The notes: generated by a model from the sequence alone, not told the origin. A stretch of DNA of 64,000 bases from Prorocentrum cordatum (GCA_963575745.1 CAUYUJ010000001.1:3100001-3164000), one strand, 5' to 3'; counted from the first letter of the stretch, positions 14,066 through 26,326 are shown. Translations and numbers: made by a program.

Positions 14066-14085
14066 CGCAGCCATTTTGGCCCAAG
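14066..14085 (+). other. Dinoflagellate spliced-leader relic
   Basis: CGCAGCCATTTTGGCCCAAG matches 18 of 20 nt of CGTAGCCATTTTGGCTCAAG; an ATG follows at 14163. Confidence 0.9.
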
Positions 14086-14162
14086 CTTGTTGGTTCGAAA
14101 CTATGTGTCAGTTTGTTCGTCGCACTGTTCTTACCCAACAGCCTCAAGCAAACTCTTCGGCC

Positions 14163-15430
14163 ATGTCTTCAGATGGCAGCTCGCCTGGCACGATTGCCTT
14201 GCAGTGTCTGGGGTCGCATGGCATGACGAACCAGGGTGCCGAGAGGTCAGTCAAGTGCAGCCTCTGTGAGTCCAGGATTGGTCCACCCAGGATGTTCATG
14301 AGCTGCGTTGGGGACACTTGTGGGTATACTCTTTCTATGGAGTGCGCGGGAGACCAAGCCGCAAAGCACGTTCAAAAGAAACGTCAAACTAAAGAGGGAG
14401 TATCGGGGATGCGCTGCGCTGAGCGCGCTGAGGGGCCAGGAAAGAAGCAATGTGATAGATCTTCGCGTTTGAATTCCATGGACGATGATTCGCCTGTGGG
14501 GCAGGAAGCTGCAGCAGGGCATGCACATCTGGAGGAGGAGGAGGAGTCGGAGGTGAACCTCGTCAAAATGATGAAAATCATGATGAAGGATATGAATGAG
14601 ACGAAGGGGGATATGAGGAAGGCAGCCAAGATAACATGGCGGCCATCGAATAAGCCAAGGACGAGGCAGCCTCAGCCAAGCAGTGTGCGGTGGAGGCTCA
14701 TCTGGGCCTGGCGGCCATGGAGGGGCAGTTCAGCAATATCCAAGAGAGCATCATCACGTAAGAAGACGTCCGCAATATCGTCCTCGAGACCATCTCGTCG
14801 TGCGGGTCACTTCGCAGGACCAGCTTTTCTACGCCGCCGAATTGTTTCACCTACCGCAGTTTTTGGCAACGCTCCCACCGGTAACAGTTTAGACAAAGCG
14901 AAAGTGTGTTTGACAGCGCACTGTCGCAAGCGTGCTCCCCCATCCCTTCCGGAGCAAAACATTTCCTTCAAGAGCGGCTTCAGAAGCATCGTGTTCATCA
15001 AGTTCATGTGCGGTTTCGACAAGGTGAACTTCCTGAGCTCCACCCGGGTGGCTGTTTTGGTTCAGCAAGTCGTTCCAGGAAAGGTGGTGTGGGCTAAGCC
15101 GGACCTCCCCATCGGACCCCGCATGGAGCAGACCGCCTTATTCGGCATCCGTCGGGCGCCCACGCAGCGGGGGTAGAACAAGACTTGCATGAAGATCAGC
15201 ACGGACTGTTCCCCACTAGAGACGTCGGTAGCCGGCGTCACAGTAGTGAAGGCGGTGGTGGACGACTACGCCCTCCAGTTGCATTGGCTTGACAAAGGGT
15301 GGCGCGACTGAGAAGCCCTACAGCAAACCCAGGAGCTTTCCGACATCATCGAGGTCATCCAGGGAAAACTAAACAGGGCGAAGGCCATCAGCCAGACCAG
15401 GGGTTCGGGGAAGGGTCATGGATCCAAATG
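14163..15430 (+). pseudogene. Frameshifted LINE ORF1-like sequence (Cys-rich N-terminus, coiled coil, RRM-like part)
   Basis: CLGSH..CSLC..C.GDTCGYTLS.EC cysteine cluster, VNLVKMMKIMMKDMNETK coiled coil, TAVFGN...IVFIKF...VWAKPDLP; sits directly behind an SL relic. Confidence 0.5.
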
Positions 15431-15764
15431 ATTATCTGACGAGGTTCTAGTGTGGCAGTCATTTGGCCTCATGCCTCATATCACGTTTCACCAACTACTG
15501 AAACCACCGCTCCATTTACAAAAGGAGAGCCAGGGCCAACCCGATACCAAGACACCCCCTCCCACCCTCGTCTGTCTTCCCCGACCTGCCCGGTAGCCTT
15601 TGGTCATTAGTTTCGCATGATGGTGGCATGGACCAGGGCGCCTCTCTGAACGTCCCCAGATGGGGAGATTTTTGGGTTCCTGCAGCGTGCAGCTGTTGAC
15701 TCCGACTCCTACCCCAACAACTTCAGCTCAGAGGGGAACCGCGCTCCGGCTGCGAGGACTTCGT

Positions 15765-15965
15765 CTTGTGCGTCTTCTGCGTCTTTAACTTCTTCTACGT
15801 CCTCTACGTCCTCTACCTCTTCTCCGTCTTCTGCGTCTTCCACGTCTTCTACGTTTTCTACGGTCTCTACGTCTTCTACGGCTTCTACGTCTTCTACGTC
15901 TCCTACGTCTTCTACGTCTTCTACGTCTTCTACGTCTTCTACGTCTTCTACGGCTTCTACTTCCT
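15765..15965. repeat. 9-bp minisatellite (cttctacgt)n
   Basis: Direct reading. Confidence 0.95.
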
Positions 15966-16017
15966 CTGTCTCTTTCTCCTCATCCTCCTCCTCCTCCTCC
16001 CCCTCCTCCTCTACTCC

Positions 16018-16801
16018 TCGGGCTGAACAGGACCCCAAGCGAAACGTCTGTGAATTTTGCTATGTTCCGGGTTGCTTATTTGTTTGCTCGATGTCGTTCT
16101 CGCGCGCGGTTTCTCTGGCGTTGCTGGACGCTCTTCGCGATGCCGCAGCACATGGTCGGGCCCCGACTCGCCTGGGCCCCGCCGCGGAGTCCGTGGGCCC
16201 TGGCCCCAGAATCAAGGGAGATCTGCGCCCTTGAGTCGAGGGCTCTGGACGCGGGGTCCGCGGGGCCCCAAGTACACAGGCCACCCGCGCGCGCTGGGCT
16301 TGCCCCCCGAGATGCCACCGGACGAGGCCACCGAAAGCTGCCCCGAAAGATGGCAGTTTCACATCGGCCGAATTATTAGCGAAAGTTGGGTGAATTATCT
16401 TCGGTCTTGTTTTTAACAGTGCGGAGCACCATCCGAGGCGTCGACGGGCAAGATTCGGAGCCCTTACGCGGCGCGATTCGGAGCCCCATTCGGGGCGTCG
16501 ATGGGCAAGATTCGGAGCAGGAGCGCGGCCGCCGCAGGCAAGATTCGGAGGTGGGATTCGGCTACATGAGGTGCGATCAGCGCCGCCCTCAGCAGCCTCT
16601 CAGAAGCATCGGAGGAGCCCCTTGGGAGCTTCTCCGGAGCCTCTCAGGATCATCTCAGACTCTTCGCGCTCGCGCCCGCGCAAAGGCGGGCTCAATGCCC
16701 CCCCGGCGCTGCGTCGTGAAATGGAGCGTGCGATTTGCATCTTTCAGATTTGAAGAGGAAGCCGCATTCACATGCCATCTTGGGGGGGCAGTTCAGCCCG
16801 A
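16018..16801 (+). mobile_element. 784-bp non-autonomous TIR element, copy E1
   Basis: Ends TCGGGCTGAAC ... GTTCAGCCCGA; left flank CTACTCC, right flank GAAATAC; near-identical to 17460-18242. Confidence 0.9.
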
Positions 16802-17063
16802 GAAATACCGCTAGGGGATCGACGCTCGCCGCGCGGTGTCTGAAATACCGCTGAGGGGATCGACGCTCGCCGCGCGGTGTCTGAAATACCGCTAGGGATC
16901 GACGCTCGCCGCGCGGTGTCTGAAATACCGCTGAGGGGATCGACGCTCGCCGCGACGGCCGCGCGGTGTCTGAAATACCGCTGAGGGGATCGACGCTCGC
17001 CGCGCGGTGTCTGAAATACCGCTAGGGGATCGACGCTCGCCGCGCGGTGTCTGAAATACCGCT
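16802..17063 (+). repeat. About 41-bp tandem repeat, 6 units plus a partial one; one more unit at about 17420-17459
   Basis: Unit gaaataccgct(g)aggggatcgacgctcgccgcgcggtgtct. Confidence 0.95.
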
Positions 17064-17459
17064 ACGCCGTTAAGCTACGCGTCACGTTTCATGATGAGAG
17101 CTTGAAGGTGGCATGGGTTTCGTGTCTTCCTTCCGCGTGAGCAAGCGGGCAGAGGCTGACCACTGCCCTGGCCGCGCCGAGCTGGCCCCCCCTTCCCCCC
17201 TAGAATCTTAGCGGACTGAGTCAAGAGCGGTCGGATCAAATATCCGGGATTTCTAAAAGTGGGATTTCATCCCTTACTATAATAGTATAGATTTAATACG
17301 GGACATTTTGAAATCCCGATGTGAATTCAGTCGGTTCCAGAAATCCCACCGGGGCGGGATGTGTCTTTGCTTATGCGAGATGATCGACTTTTATTTTATG
17401 ACGAAACTTATGTAACGCCGATGAGGGGATCGACGCTCGCCGCGCGGTGTTTGAAATAC

Positions 17460-18242
17460 TCGGGCTGAACAGGGCCCCAAGCGAAACGTCTGTGAATTTT
17501 GCTATGTTCCGGGTTGCTTATTTGTTTGCTCGATGTCGTTCTCGCGCGCGGTTTCTTGGCGTTGCTGGGCGCTCTTCGCGATGCCGCAGCGCGTGGTCGG
17601 GCCCCGACTCGCCTGGGCCCCGCCGCGGAGTCCGTGGGCCCTGGCCCCAGAATCAAGGGAGATCTGCGCCCTTGAGTCGAGGGCTCTGGACGCGGGGTCC
17701 GCGGGGCCCCAAGTGCACAGGCCACCCGCGCGCGCTGGGCTTGCCCCCCGAGATGCCACCGGACGAGGCCACCGAAAGCTGCCCCGAAAGATGGCAGTTT
17801 CACATCGGCCGAATTATTAGCGAAAGTTGGGTGAATTATCTTCGGTCTTGTTTTTAACAGTGCGGAGCACCATCCGAGGCGTCGACGGGCAAGATTCGGA
17901 GCCCTTACGCGGCGCGATTCGGAGCCCCATTCGGGGCGTCGATGGGCAAGATTCGGAGCAGGAACGCGGCCGCCGCAGGCAAGATTCGGAGGTGGGATTC
18001 GGCTACATGAGGTGCGATCAGCGCCGCCCTCAGCAGCCTCTCAGAAGCATCGGAGGAGCCCCTTGGGAGCTTCTCCGGAGCCTCTCAGGATCATCTCAGA
18101 CTCTTCGCGCTCGCGCCCGCGCAAAGGCGGGCTCAATGCCCCCCCGGCGCTGCGTCGTGAAATGGAGCGTGCGATTTGCATCTTTCAGATTTGAAGAGGA
18201 AGCCGCATTCACATGCCATCTTGGGGGGGCAGTTCAGCCCGA
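17460..18242 (+). mobile_element. 783-bp non-autonomous TIR element, copy E2
   Basis: Same TIRs as E1; left flank GAAATAC, right flank CTACTCC. Confidence 0.9.
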
Positions 18243-18299
18243 CTACTCCAGCTCATTCGTCGCCGCCCACCGCTGGCGGGGACTGCCGGTCAGGTAACG

Positions 18300-20700
18300 A
18301 CCACCTTGGTCTTGCCAGGTACGAATGCAACGTCCGTGCTCTCATCAACTTCGACGAGCGCGTCGAACGATGCATGAGGGAACTTGGGGGCAGCATTGGG
18401 ACTTCATTGCGTTTTCGGGGACATGGCGCGAAGGGCGAGATGAAACATGGGGCGCTGCAGATGGGCATGCGTTTTTCGGGAGCGGGGGCGCGCATGGATC
18501 TTGTGGTGTGGGTTTTCTTGTGCATCGGCGCTGGGATCGCAAACGGTTCACTCCTGTTTCAAGGATGTTCGCCGCGCTGGGCGTCGACGTAGTTTCCGTG
18601 GGCGTGATCCGAGAATCCGCTGTGTACATGCCCCGCTCCAAGATAAGTGACGAGGGGGTCAGCGAAGTGCTCGGGCAGATGGATCAGCATCTCTGGGAAG
18701 CCCGAAACAGGAATTACATATTCGGCGGCGACTGGGGATCTCAACGCGGAGATTGGGTCCAAGGATGGGTCCGATGACCCTGATCTTGTCGGCGCCAACC
18801 CCATGCCAGTTAGAGTCGGGAGTGGGCGAGGGGGCGCGTTCGTCCACTGGCGCATGGTCAACCGCATGGCTATTGCAATTTCTTTTGGAGCGTCTTTGTC
18901 CGAAGATGCATGGGCGTGCCGAAATGCCAAGCGGCGGGCCCAGCTGGGTGGCATCTTGGTGGGTCCAAGCCTGCGCTGCCACGTAGATTCCTGTTGCGTG
19001 GGCGCAACGGTAGGCGTTGGCTCAGGCCGCAGACGAGTCAGAGTGCGACCGTCAAACCCAGCGCGCCGAGGAGGAAGAGGAGGAAACGCAGACGTGGTTG
19101 CTGGAAGCCCAGGTCGTCTTGTTGCCGCGTTGCAAGCCGCCTTTGACGACGTCGATCGGGGGCGGTGCGACGCAGCTGAAAAGGGCCGCCCGCCTCGACC
19201 CGTGCGCGCGGGGCGCCGTGCAAAAAGATGTTCGGGATATCCAGGTGCAAAAGCGCAGCCTCATCGGGCATTCCGCGCAGACGCCCAGATGCAGTCGTTG
19301 ATATATCGAAGAAGGAACCTGCGCTTGTCTGACTTGGCGCCCCGCGAGATGGAGAAGAAGCGAATGGTTGGTGTTGGGCAAGGCCATGCAGAGGCTTATC
19401 CGAGAATGGCAAACCCAGCCTGGAGAGCCCGGGGGAGGTGCCGCCTTCGTGGGGCCGAGGATGGCTGCGCAGTAGGCGAGTGGGCCCATGCTTGCGATGA
19501 ACTACGCATGGGGTGATGTCACGCACTCGCCTTAGGAGGCCTCTGCGTCGGTAGTGGGCCCCGTGGCATCCTATGGCGTGCGACTGAGAGACGTGTAGCC
19601 TGGGCAAATCGCAACCCTGGAACAGACCTGAATCAGATGCAGGTCGGCAGCCAGCAAGCCCAGGCCAGGCCTCGAGGTGAGCTACCACGGGCCCGTTGAG
19701 GGCCGATGTGCAGGGCGCGCATGGGTCTGAGCTCGTGCTCGGCAATGCTTGTGCGTAGGCATCCTGTTGGCCTCCGCGCAGCCGACGCAAAGGCTGGTCG
19801 GAATCCCATGCAAAAACAGCTGTAGTGAGCGTGCGGCGGACCTGCAGTGCGGATGGGGGGAGCACTTTTCTGTGCGCCCACTGTGAATGTATTTAGGTCT
19901 TTCGGTAAATTGGCCGCCTCCCAACGCGCCCGTGGCAAGTTTTAGCGCGTGCGATGCGCGGGGCCCCTGCGGCGCGTCAGGTTGGCCGCGCGCGGGCGCA
20001 TGGGGTCCCCATGATGGGGAACTAGATGTAGACGTGCGTATCGTAGGGCAGGATGTAAACAGGCAGCCCTCGCGCAGGCCCGTGGCGGGCTTGCGCGTGG
20101 GCGATGCGCAAGCCTACTGTGCACCTATAGGTGGGCGACATAGGCCGATCGGAATCAAGGTGGGCCGCGGGTCGGTCGTCGTCGGGCTCGTTGCTTGCAG
20201 GGGCCGGGTCTGGCGTGGCCCCTCGGAGAAGGTCAGCGTCGGTGGCCCGCGGCGCTGTTGCGTTTCTATATCCCGCAGCCAGCCGGCGCAGTCGCCAGAC
20301 CACTTCGCGGCGTGAAGAGCGCTTTTGCCAGCAGGCTCGCGGCGGCCGTGGAGGCGTCGGCCGGGTCGGGGTTCATCGACTTCCGCCCCGGCCGGGTCTC
20401 CGCGGGCACCTCGCCCTTCCATCGGAGCACTTCGACAATCCGCCGGGGCGGCCCAGCCGCGAGATTCATGGTCGCAGTGCCCTTAGCCTGTCTGGCGAGA
20501 TCAGCTTTGGCGGCGCGTGGCGCCCGTGGGCGCCGCGTTGTCGACGCGCGAAGTTCTCGCGGGTCTGCGCCGCGTTGCGCCGTGCTCCTCCGCGGGCAAA
20601 GCGGCTCGCGCGGCCGCCCGCGCGTCGGCCCGGCCCCGCCGGCCCGCTTAGACTGCGCGCAAACCGCCCCCCGACCCCCGTCGCGGGAAATGCGCGCCGA
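18300..20700 (+). mobile_element. Heavily decayed LINE ORF2 (APE endonuclease followed by RT remnants)
   Basis: ECNVRAL, WDFIAFSGTWR (degenerate xxxETW), GSCGVGFLVHRRW, AVYMP and GDLNAEIG are APE motifs; the downstream RT region is barely readable. Confidence 0.75.
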
Positions 20701-20919
20701 ACCGACCGTCAAATTACTGATCGACCATCAGCCAGCTGCCATTAGATAGTCGGCCAGGTTCCTGAAGAACAAATCCCCCTAGCTGAGATATCCCAGGGGG
20801 GCGGGGGGAGACTGGTGTCGACGCCCCGCCGCTTTCGCCACTCGAAGACGCGGGCGCTCGGGACGTCCTGGACGAGCAGGGCAGGCAGCGTCTCCTGTCC
20901 TGGCCCCGTCGACGCCATC

Positions 20920-21960
20920 AAGTGGCGACCGAAGGCGCCAGTGGCTCTGACCACGTGCGCCCCGCGCCACTCAGCACGGCGTTTCGTGGGCCTATAGGGA
21001 CAGTGGTTGTGGCCACGTGCGTCCCGCGCCACCCATTATGGCGCTTCCGTGGCCCGGTAGGGTGCTCCACCGATGGCCCCACTGGTTGTGACCAGAAGCG
21101 TCCTTCGCCACTCAGTACGGCTTTTCGTGGCCCCGTAGGGAGCTCCACCGATGGCCCCAGTGGTTGTGACCACGTGCGTCCCGCGCCACCCAATACGGCG
21201 TTTCGTGACTTCAAGAGGATCTCCACCGAAGGCGCCAGTGGCTGTTGCCAGATGCGTCCCGCGACACCCAGTACGGTTTTTCGTGGCCCCGTAGTGAGTT
21301 TCAGCGAAGGCCCCACTGGCTGTGACCACACTCGCCCTTCGCCGCTCAATGCGGCGCTTCGTGGCCCCATGGGGAGCTTCACCGAAGGTGCCAGTGGTTG
21401 TGACACGCGTTCCGCGCCACCCAGTGCGGCGTTTCGTGGCCCCATAGGGAAATCCAGCGAAGGCCCCTGTGGTTGTGACCGCATGCGTCCAGCGCCACCC
21501 AGTACGGCGTTTCGTCCAGAGGGAGTTCCACCGAAGGCGCCAGTGGCTATGACCACATGCTTTCCGCACCACCCAATACGGCGCTTCGTGGCCCCTTGGG
21601 GGATTCCACCGAACGCCCGATTGGTTGTGACCACATGCGTCCCGCGCCACCCGGTACGGCGTTTCGTGGCCCCATAGGGAGCTCCACCGGTTGTGACCAC
21701 ATGGTTGTGACCAGAAGCGCCCCGCGCCACCCAATGCAGCGGTTCGTGGCCCCATGGGGAACTTCACCGAAGGCACCAGTGGTTGTGACCACATGCGCCC
21801 CCCCCGCCCATTTCGGCACCCCCCACGCGTTTGGTGGCCCCAGAGAACTCCACCGACGGCTCCAGTGGCGACGTTCGCATGAGCCCCCGTCACGCGCTTC
21901 GTGACGTCGTGGCCCCATAGACAGGGGGCTCCACCAAGGGCCCCACTGGCGACGTTCGCA
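20920..21960 (-). repeat. More diverged relative of the 77-bp satellite in inverted orientation
   Basis: Units contain tttcgtggccccatagggagctccaccgaagg, the reverse complement of the 9.4-10.4 kb unit core; the remainder of the unit differs (cagtggttgtgacc). Confidence 0.9.
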
Positions 21961-22204
21961 TGGAGGCCCCGCTCCATGTCGGCACACTCATCACACGTTT
22001 CGTGGCCCCATACCACCGAAGGCCGCAATGACTGCTCCCGCATGCGTCCCCGTCCGATTTCGGCACGCCTTTTACACGCTGCGTGGTCCCAGACGGAGAT
22101 CCGCAGAAGGCGATACCCACAACGGCGATGTTCACCACTGCGTATGATTGGTCCCTTCGCTGGGGTATTACCTTCGGGGGTCAGCAAGAAGGAGAGGGAG
22201 GATC

Positions 22205-22535
22205 ACGATGATGATGACGATGATGATGATGCTGCTGATGATGATGATGATGGTGATGGTGATGGTGATGATGATGATGACGATCATTATGATGATGCTC
22301 ATGATGATGCTCATGATGCTGATGCCGACGCTGATGGTGGTGGTGATGTTGTTGATGATCATGATGATTCTGCTGATGATGATGATGATGACGATGGTGA
22401 TGGAGATGGTGATGATGATGACGATGCTGATGGCGATGATGAGTGTGATGGTGATGGTGATGGGGGTGATGATGCTGATGCTGCCGATGATGCTGATGAT
22501 GCTGGTGATGCTGCTGGTGATGATGCTGATGATGC

Positions 22536-22576
<41 letters not shown>

Positions 22577-22613
22577 TGATGATTATTATGATGATTATGA
22601 TGATGATTATAGC

Positions 22614-22670
<57 letters not shown>

Positions 22671-22750
22671 GGTGGTGGTCGTGGCGGTGGTGTTGGTGGT
22701 GATGATGATGATGATGATGATGCTGCTGATGCTGCCGATGATGCCGATGC

Positions 22751-22782
<32 letters not shown>

Positions 22783-22799
22783 ATGATGATGTTGATGCC

Positions 22800-22872
<73 letters not shown>

Positions 22873-22968
22873 GATGATGATGCTGCTCATGATGCTGATG
22901 CTGATGATGATGATGACGATGGTGACGGTGATGATGATGACGATGACTGATGATGATGGATGATGATG

Positions 22969-23066
<98 letters not shown>

Positions 23067-23402
23067 GGTGGTGGTCGTGGCGGTGGTGTTGGTGGTGATG
23101 ATGATGATGATGATGCTGATGACGATGATGATAATGATGAGGATGATGATGAGGATGCTGATGACGAAGCTGCTGCTGCTGATGATGATGATGAGGATGG
23201 CGATGCTGATGATGCCGATGATTATGGTGATGAGGATGATGCTGACGACGATGCTGATGATGATGACGAGGATGCTAATGATAATGCTGACGATGATGAT
23301 GACGACGACGATGGTGATGATGACGATGATGATGATGGTGGTGATGATGCTGCCGATGATGATGATGATGATGACGATGATGATTATGATGATGTTGATG
23401 CC

Positions 23403-23454
<52 letters not shown>

Positions 23455-23552
23455 GTGGTGGTTGTGGTGATGATGATGATGCTGCTGATGATGCTGATGA
23501 TGATGACGATGGTGACGGTGATGATGATGATGACGATACTGATGATGATGGC

Positions 23553-23613
<61 letters not shown>

Positions 23614-23649
23614 CTGATGATGTTGATGCCGATGATGATAATGATGATA

Positions 23650-23714
<65 letters not shown>

Positions 23715-23752
23715 GGTGGTGGTGGTGGTGGTCGTGGCGGTGGTGTTGGTGG

Positions 23753-23787
<35 letters not shown>

Positions 23788-23825
23788 CTGCTGATGGTGA
23801 TGGTGCTGGTGGTGGCGGTGGTGCT
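22205..23825. repeat. Long imperfect (GAT)n/(GGT)n array
   Basis: Direct reading; marker ggtcgtggcggtggtgttggtggtgat recurs near 22680, 23075 and 23730. Confidence 0.97.
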
Positions 23826-24299
23826 GGTTGACGGCCGGCCCTCGAAAGAAGTTTACCACTCGTCTTGTGGCAGTTGCGGCGCACGCATGCTGGCATGGAT
23901 TGCCAAACATCTGGCGCCCCGTCAGAGCACTGCGCCTCAATAATCTGAGACTATTGATGCACAGGCGGCCCTCAACATCTTGAGCCACTGCACTGTATGT
24001 GGACAGAGCGCAGGCTGGCGGGTGAGCTCCGCCTTCAGGGGAGCGCAGTGCGGCGAGCAGGCCGCCTCATCCCCGACAGGGGGTGGAGCGAGACGGTTTG
24101 GCCGACAGGCGCTCGCCAGACTGAGGCTATCGCAGACATGGATTGAGGGGGCGGGCATCAGCGACGGGTCCCGTTTCTGCGGGAAATCGCGTATTTCCGC
24201 CGCCGAGCGAGGCGGCACCGGCCGCATTTTGGGGGAGGGCACCTCCACCGATCCATGGATTTGGCGACCGCGCGCCAAATCCATGGATCGCGAATCTGA

Positions 24300-24448
24300 A
24301 GTCGGGCCTGCCCTCCTACAGGGGGATTTTGGACCAAAAAAAAAGTCAAAAAATACCATCAAAATATTCAAAAATGGTCAAAGAATAGTCCACAGACTAT
24401 TTTTGGACTCTTTTTGAATGTTCCCCCTGTAGAGGGACAGGCCCGACT
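24300..24448. mobile_element. MITE family C copy 1 (copy 2 at 45442-45624)
   Basis: TIRs agtcgggcctgccctcctacaggggga ... tccccctgtagagggacaggcccgact around an A-rich then T-rich interior. Confidence 0.85.
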
Positions 24449-24759
24449 CAACGCTAATCCCTGTCTGCGCGCCCGCCGACAGACGCTCGCCACGCGAAGG
24501 GCAGAGCGGCGGGCCGCCGACGAAGAGGGTCGCCCCAGCCGCCCGCGTCGGCGTCGGCGCCCCTCCCGATGTTTTGCCTCGGCCTCTGCGAGGCCGTGCT
24601 CTCCTCCTCCTCCTCCTCCTGCCTCCTCCTCCCTCCTCCTCGTCCTCGTCCTCCTCCACCTCCTCGTCCTCCTCCTCCTCCTCCTCCTCCTCCTCCTCCT
24701 CCTCCTCCTCCTCCTCCTCCTCCTCCCCCTTCCCCCCCTCCCCCTCCTCCTCCCCCGCC

Positions 24760-25960
24760 GCTCGGTCGCCCACTGCCGCTGCGAGCCCGTGCTCTCGCAG
24801 GATCCCCGAGCACTGCTGCCAGCGCACGATCGCGGGGGCGACGGCGGCTCCGTCGACCCTTCCGGGAGCGCCCGCGCAGCCGAGAGCCGGGAGCTGCACG
24901 CACGCGTGGGCGAACACGGCGAACAAGTACCCGATCCCCACCGCGCCCGAGGGGAACAGCTTCACATGGAAAGTGAGCCAGGCCGGCATGAGAACCGCCA
25001 GACAGCTGCCCGCTCACGGCGCCCACATGACATCTACCAGCTTCCTCGGTTGCGCGACGAGGGCGACGCGCAACATACTTGGCCATGTTGAAAACGAAAC
25101 GGTTTTCGACACCAGAGCGTCCATGGCGCGCGGAGTGACCAGCCTGTTGATGCGGGGCACCTGCATGCCGAGGCACAGCACCGCACCACCGGCGAAAGTC
25201 ATGCGCAACAGCACGAGCTTCAGCGATGCGATGGCCATGCCCCCGATCATGTGCAGGGCGGCGCAGCCCTCCAGGAAGACTATCCTGAGCATAACGCCGA
25301 TGCCCATGGCGAGGTCCAGGACGTACCGACAGCCCCGCAGCGCGGCGTAAAAGTATGTACAGTAGACGAGCTTCAGCAACACTGCGACCTTCCTCGATCA
25401 GGTGCAGTCCTCTGGCCGACCACCAGGTCCAGTATCGGCAGACCCACATCGCCGCGTAGACCCTGAGGCAGAATACATGATACCGAGAACGGCTCATCGA
25501 ACATGCGCTCCTCCACCAAGCCGAAGGAGATGCCGATGCGAGCAGCGCCGAAGATCTTGCTCACCACGCCCACGACGCTGAGCAGACCCGAGCGAAGATG
25601 GCGCCCGAGCGCCTTCAGCGGTTCGCTGGCCCAGTCCACGGCCTTGACGAGGCGCGGCACGTTCTCCCATGCACAACAATCGCCGACTCCAAGCTGTCGC
25701 GCGGCCCTCGGGTTGACAGGCGCCTGCGCAATCTTTGTGGTTGAATCAAGTTGTCCTTGGCGCGGCGGGAAGGCTGGTGAGCCGCACGGCCAGCGCAGCG
25801 GCGACCGTGCCGTCCTCATTTTCCGAGCAGAGGAGGCCGCGCACAGCGTGCGGCCTTGCAACATCCGACGCGCACAGCTGCCAGCGAGCGACTGAGCGCT
25901 GGGGGCGGTACGAGCGAGCGCGTGGCGACCTCCCGAAAGGCTCGAGCCCGAGTGGCCGAC
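24760..25960 (-). pseudogene. Putative processed pseudogene of a multi-pass membrane protein resembling the ER lumen retention (KDEL/ERD2) receptor family
   Basis: Frameshifted minus-strand pieces VYAAMWVCRY/LDL, YAALRGCRYVLDL, ALVAQPRKLVDVMWA and GIGYLFAV resemble ERD2 RYLDL, EILWTF and HYLFAL; no obvious introns; SL-like GCCACTCGGGCTCGAG at the 5' end (25941-25956). Confidence 0.5.
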
Positions 25961-26281
25961 GATGATGATCATGGTGAGCATGATCATGATGTTGGTGATG
26001 GTGGTTATGACGATGATGCCGATTCTGTTGATGGTGATGATGGTGATGCTGCTGATGATGATGATGCTGATGCGCATGCTGATGCTGCTGCTGATGATGG
26101 TGACAATGATGTAGCTGATGATGCTGATGATGATCATCATCATGATGTTGTCGATGCTGATTCTGCTGATGATGACGACAACGATCTCGACGACGATGAC
26201 GACACCGACGACGACGATGCTGCTGCTGCTGATGATGATGATGATGAGGGTGACGATGATGATGACGATGACGATGCTGCT

Positions 26282-26326
<45 letters not shown>

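Noticed and set aside
15465..15610. Weak SL-like strings gcagtcatttggcctca and ccggtagcctttggtca
   Set aside because: They need gaps to align and have no ORF behind them.
16802..17063. CRISPR-like 41-bp repeats
   Set aside because: Head-to-tail with no spacers.
23979..23990. TGGCTCAAG followed by ATG on the minus strand
   Set aside because: Only 9 nt match and the frame closes quickly.
24300..24448. MITE C ends (AGTCG...CGACT) equal the copia LTR ends
   Set aside because: Only 5 bp are shared and the interiors are unrelated; likely coincidence.
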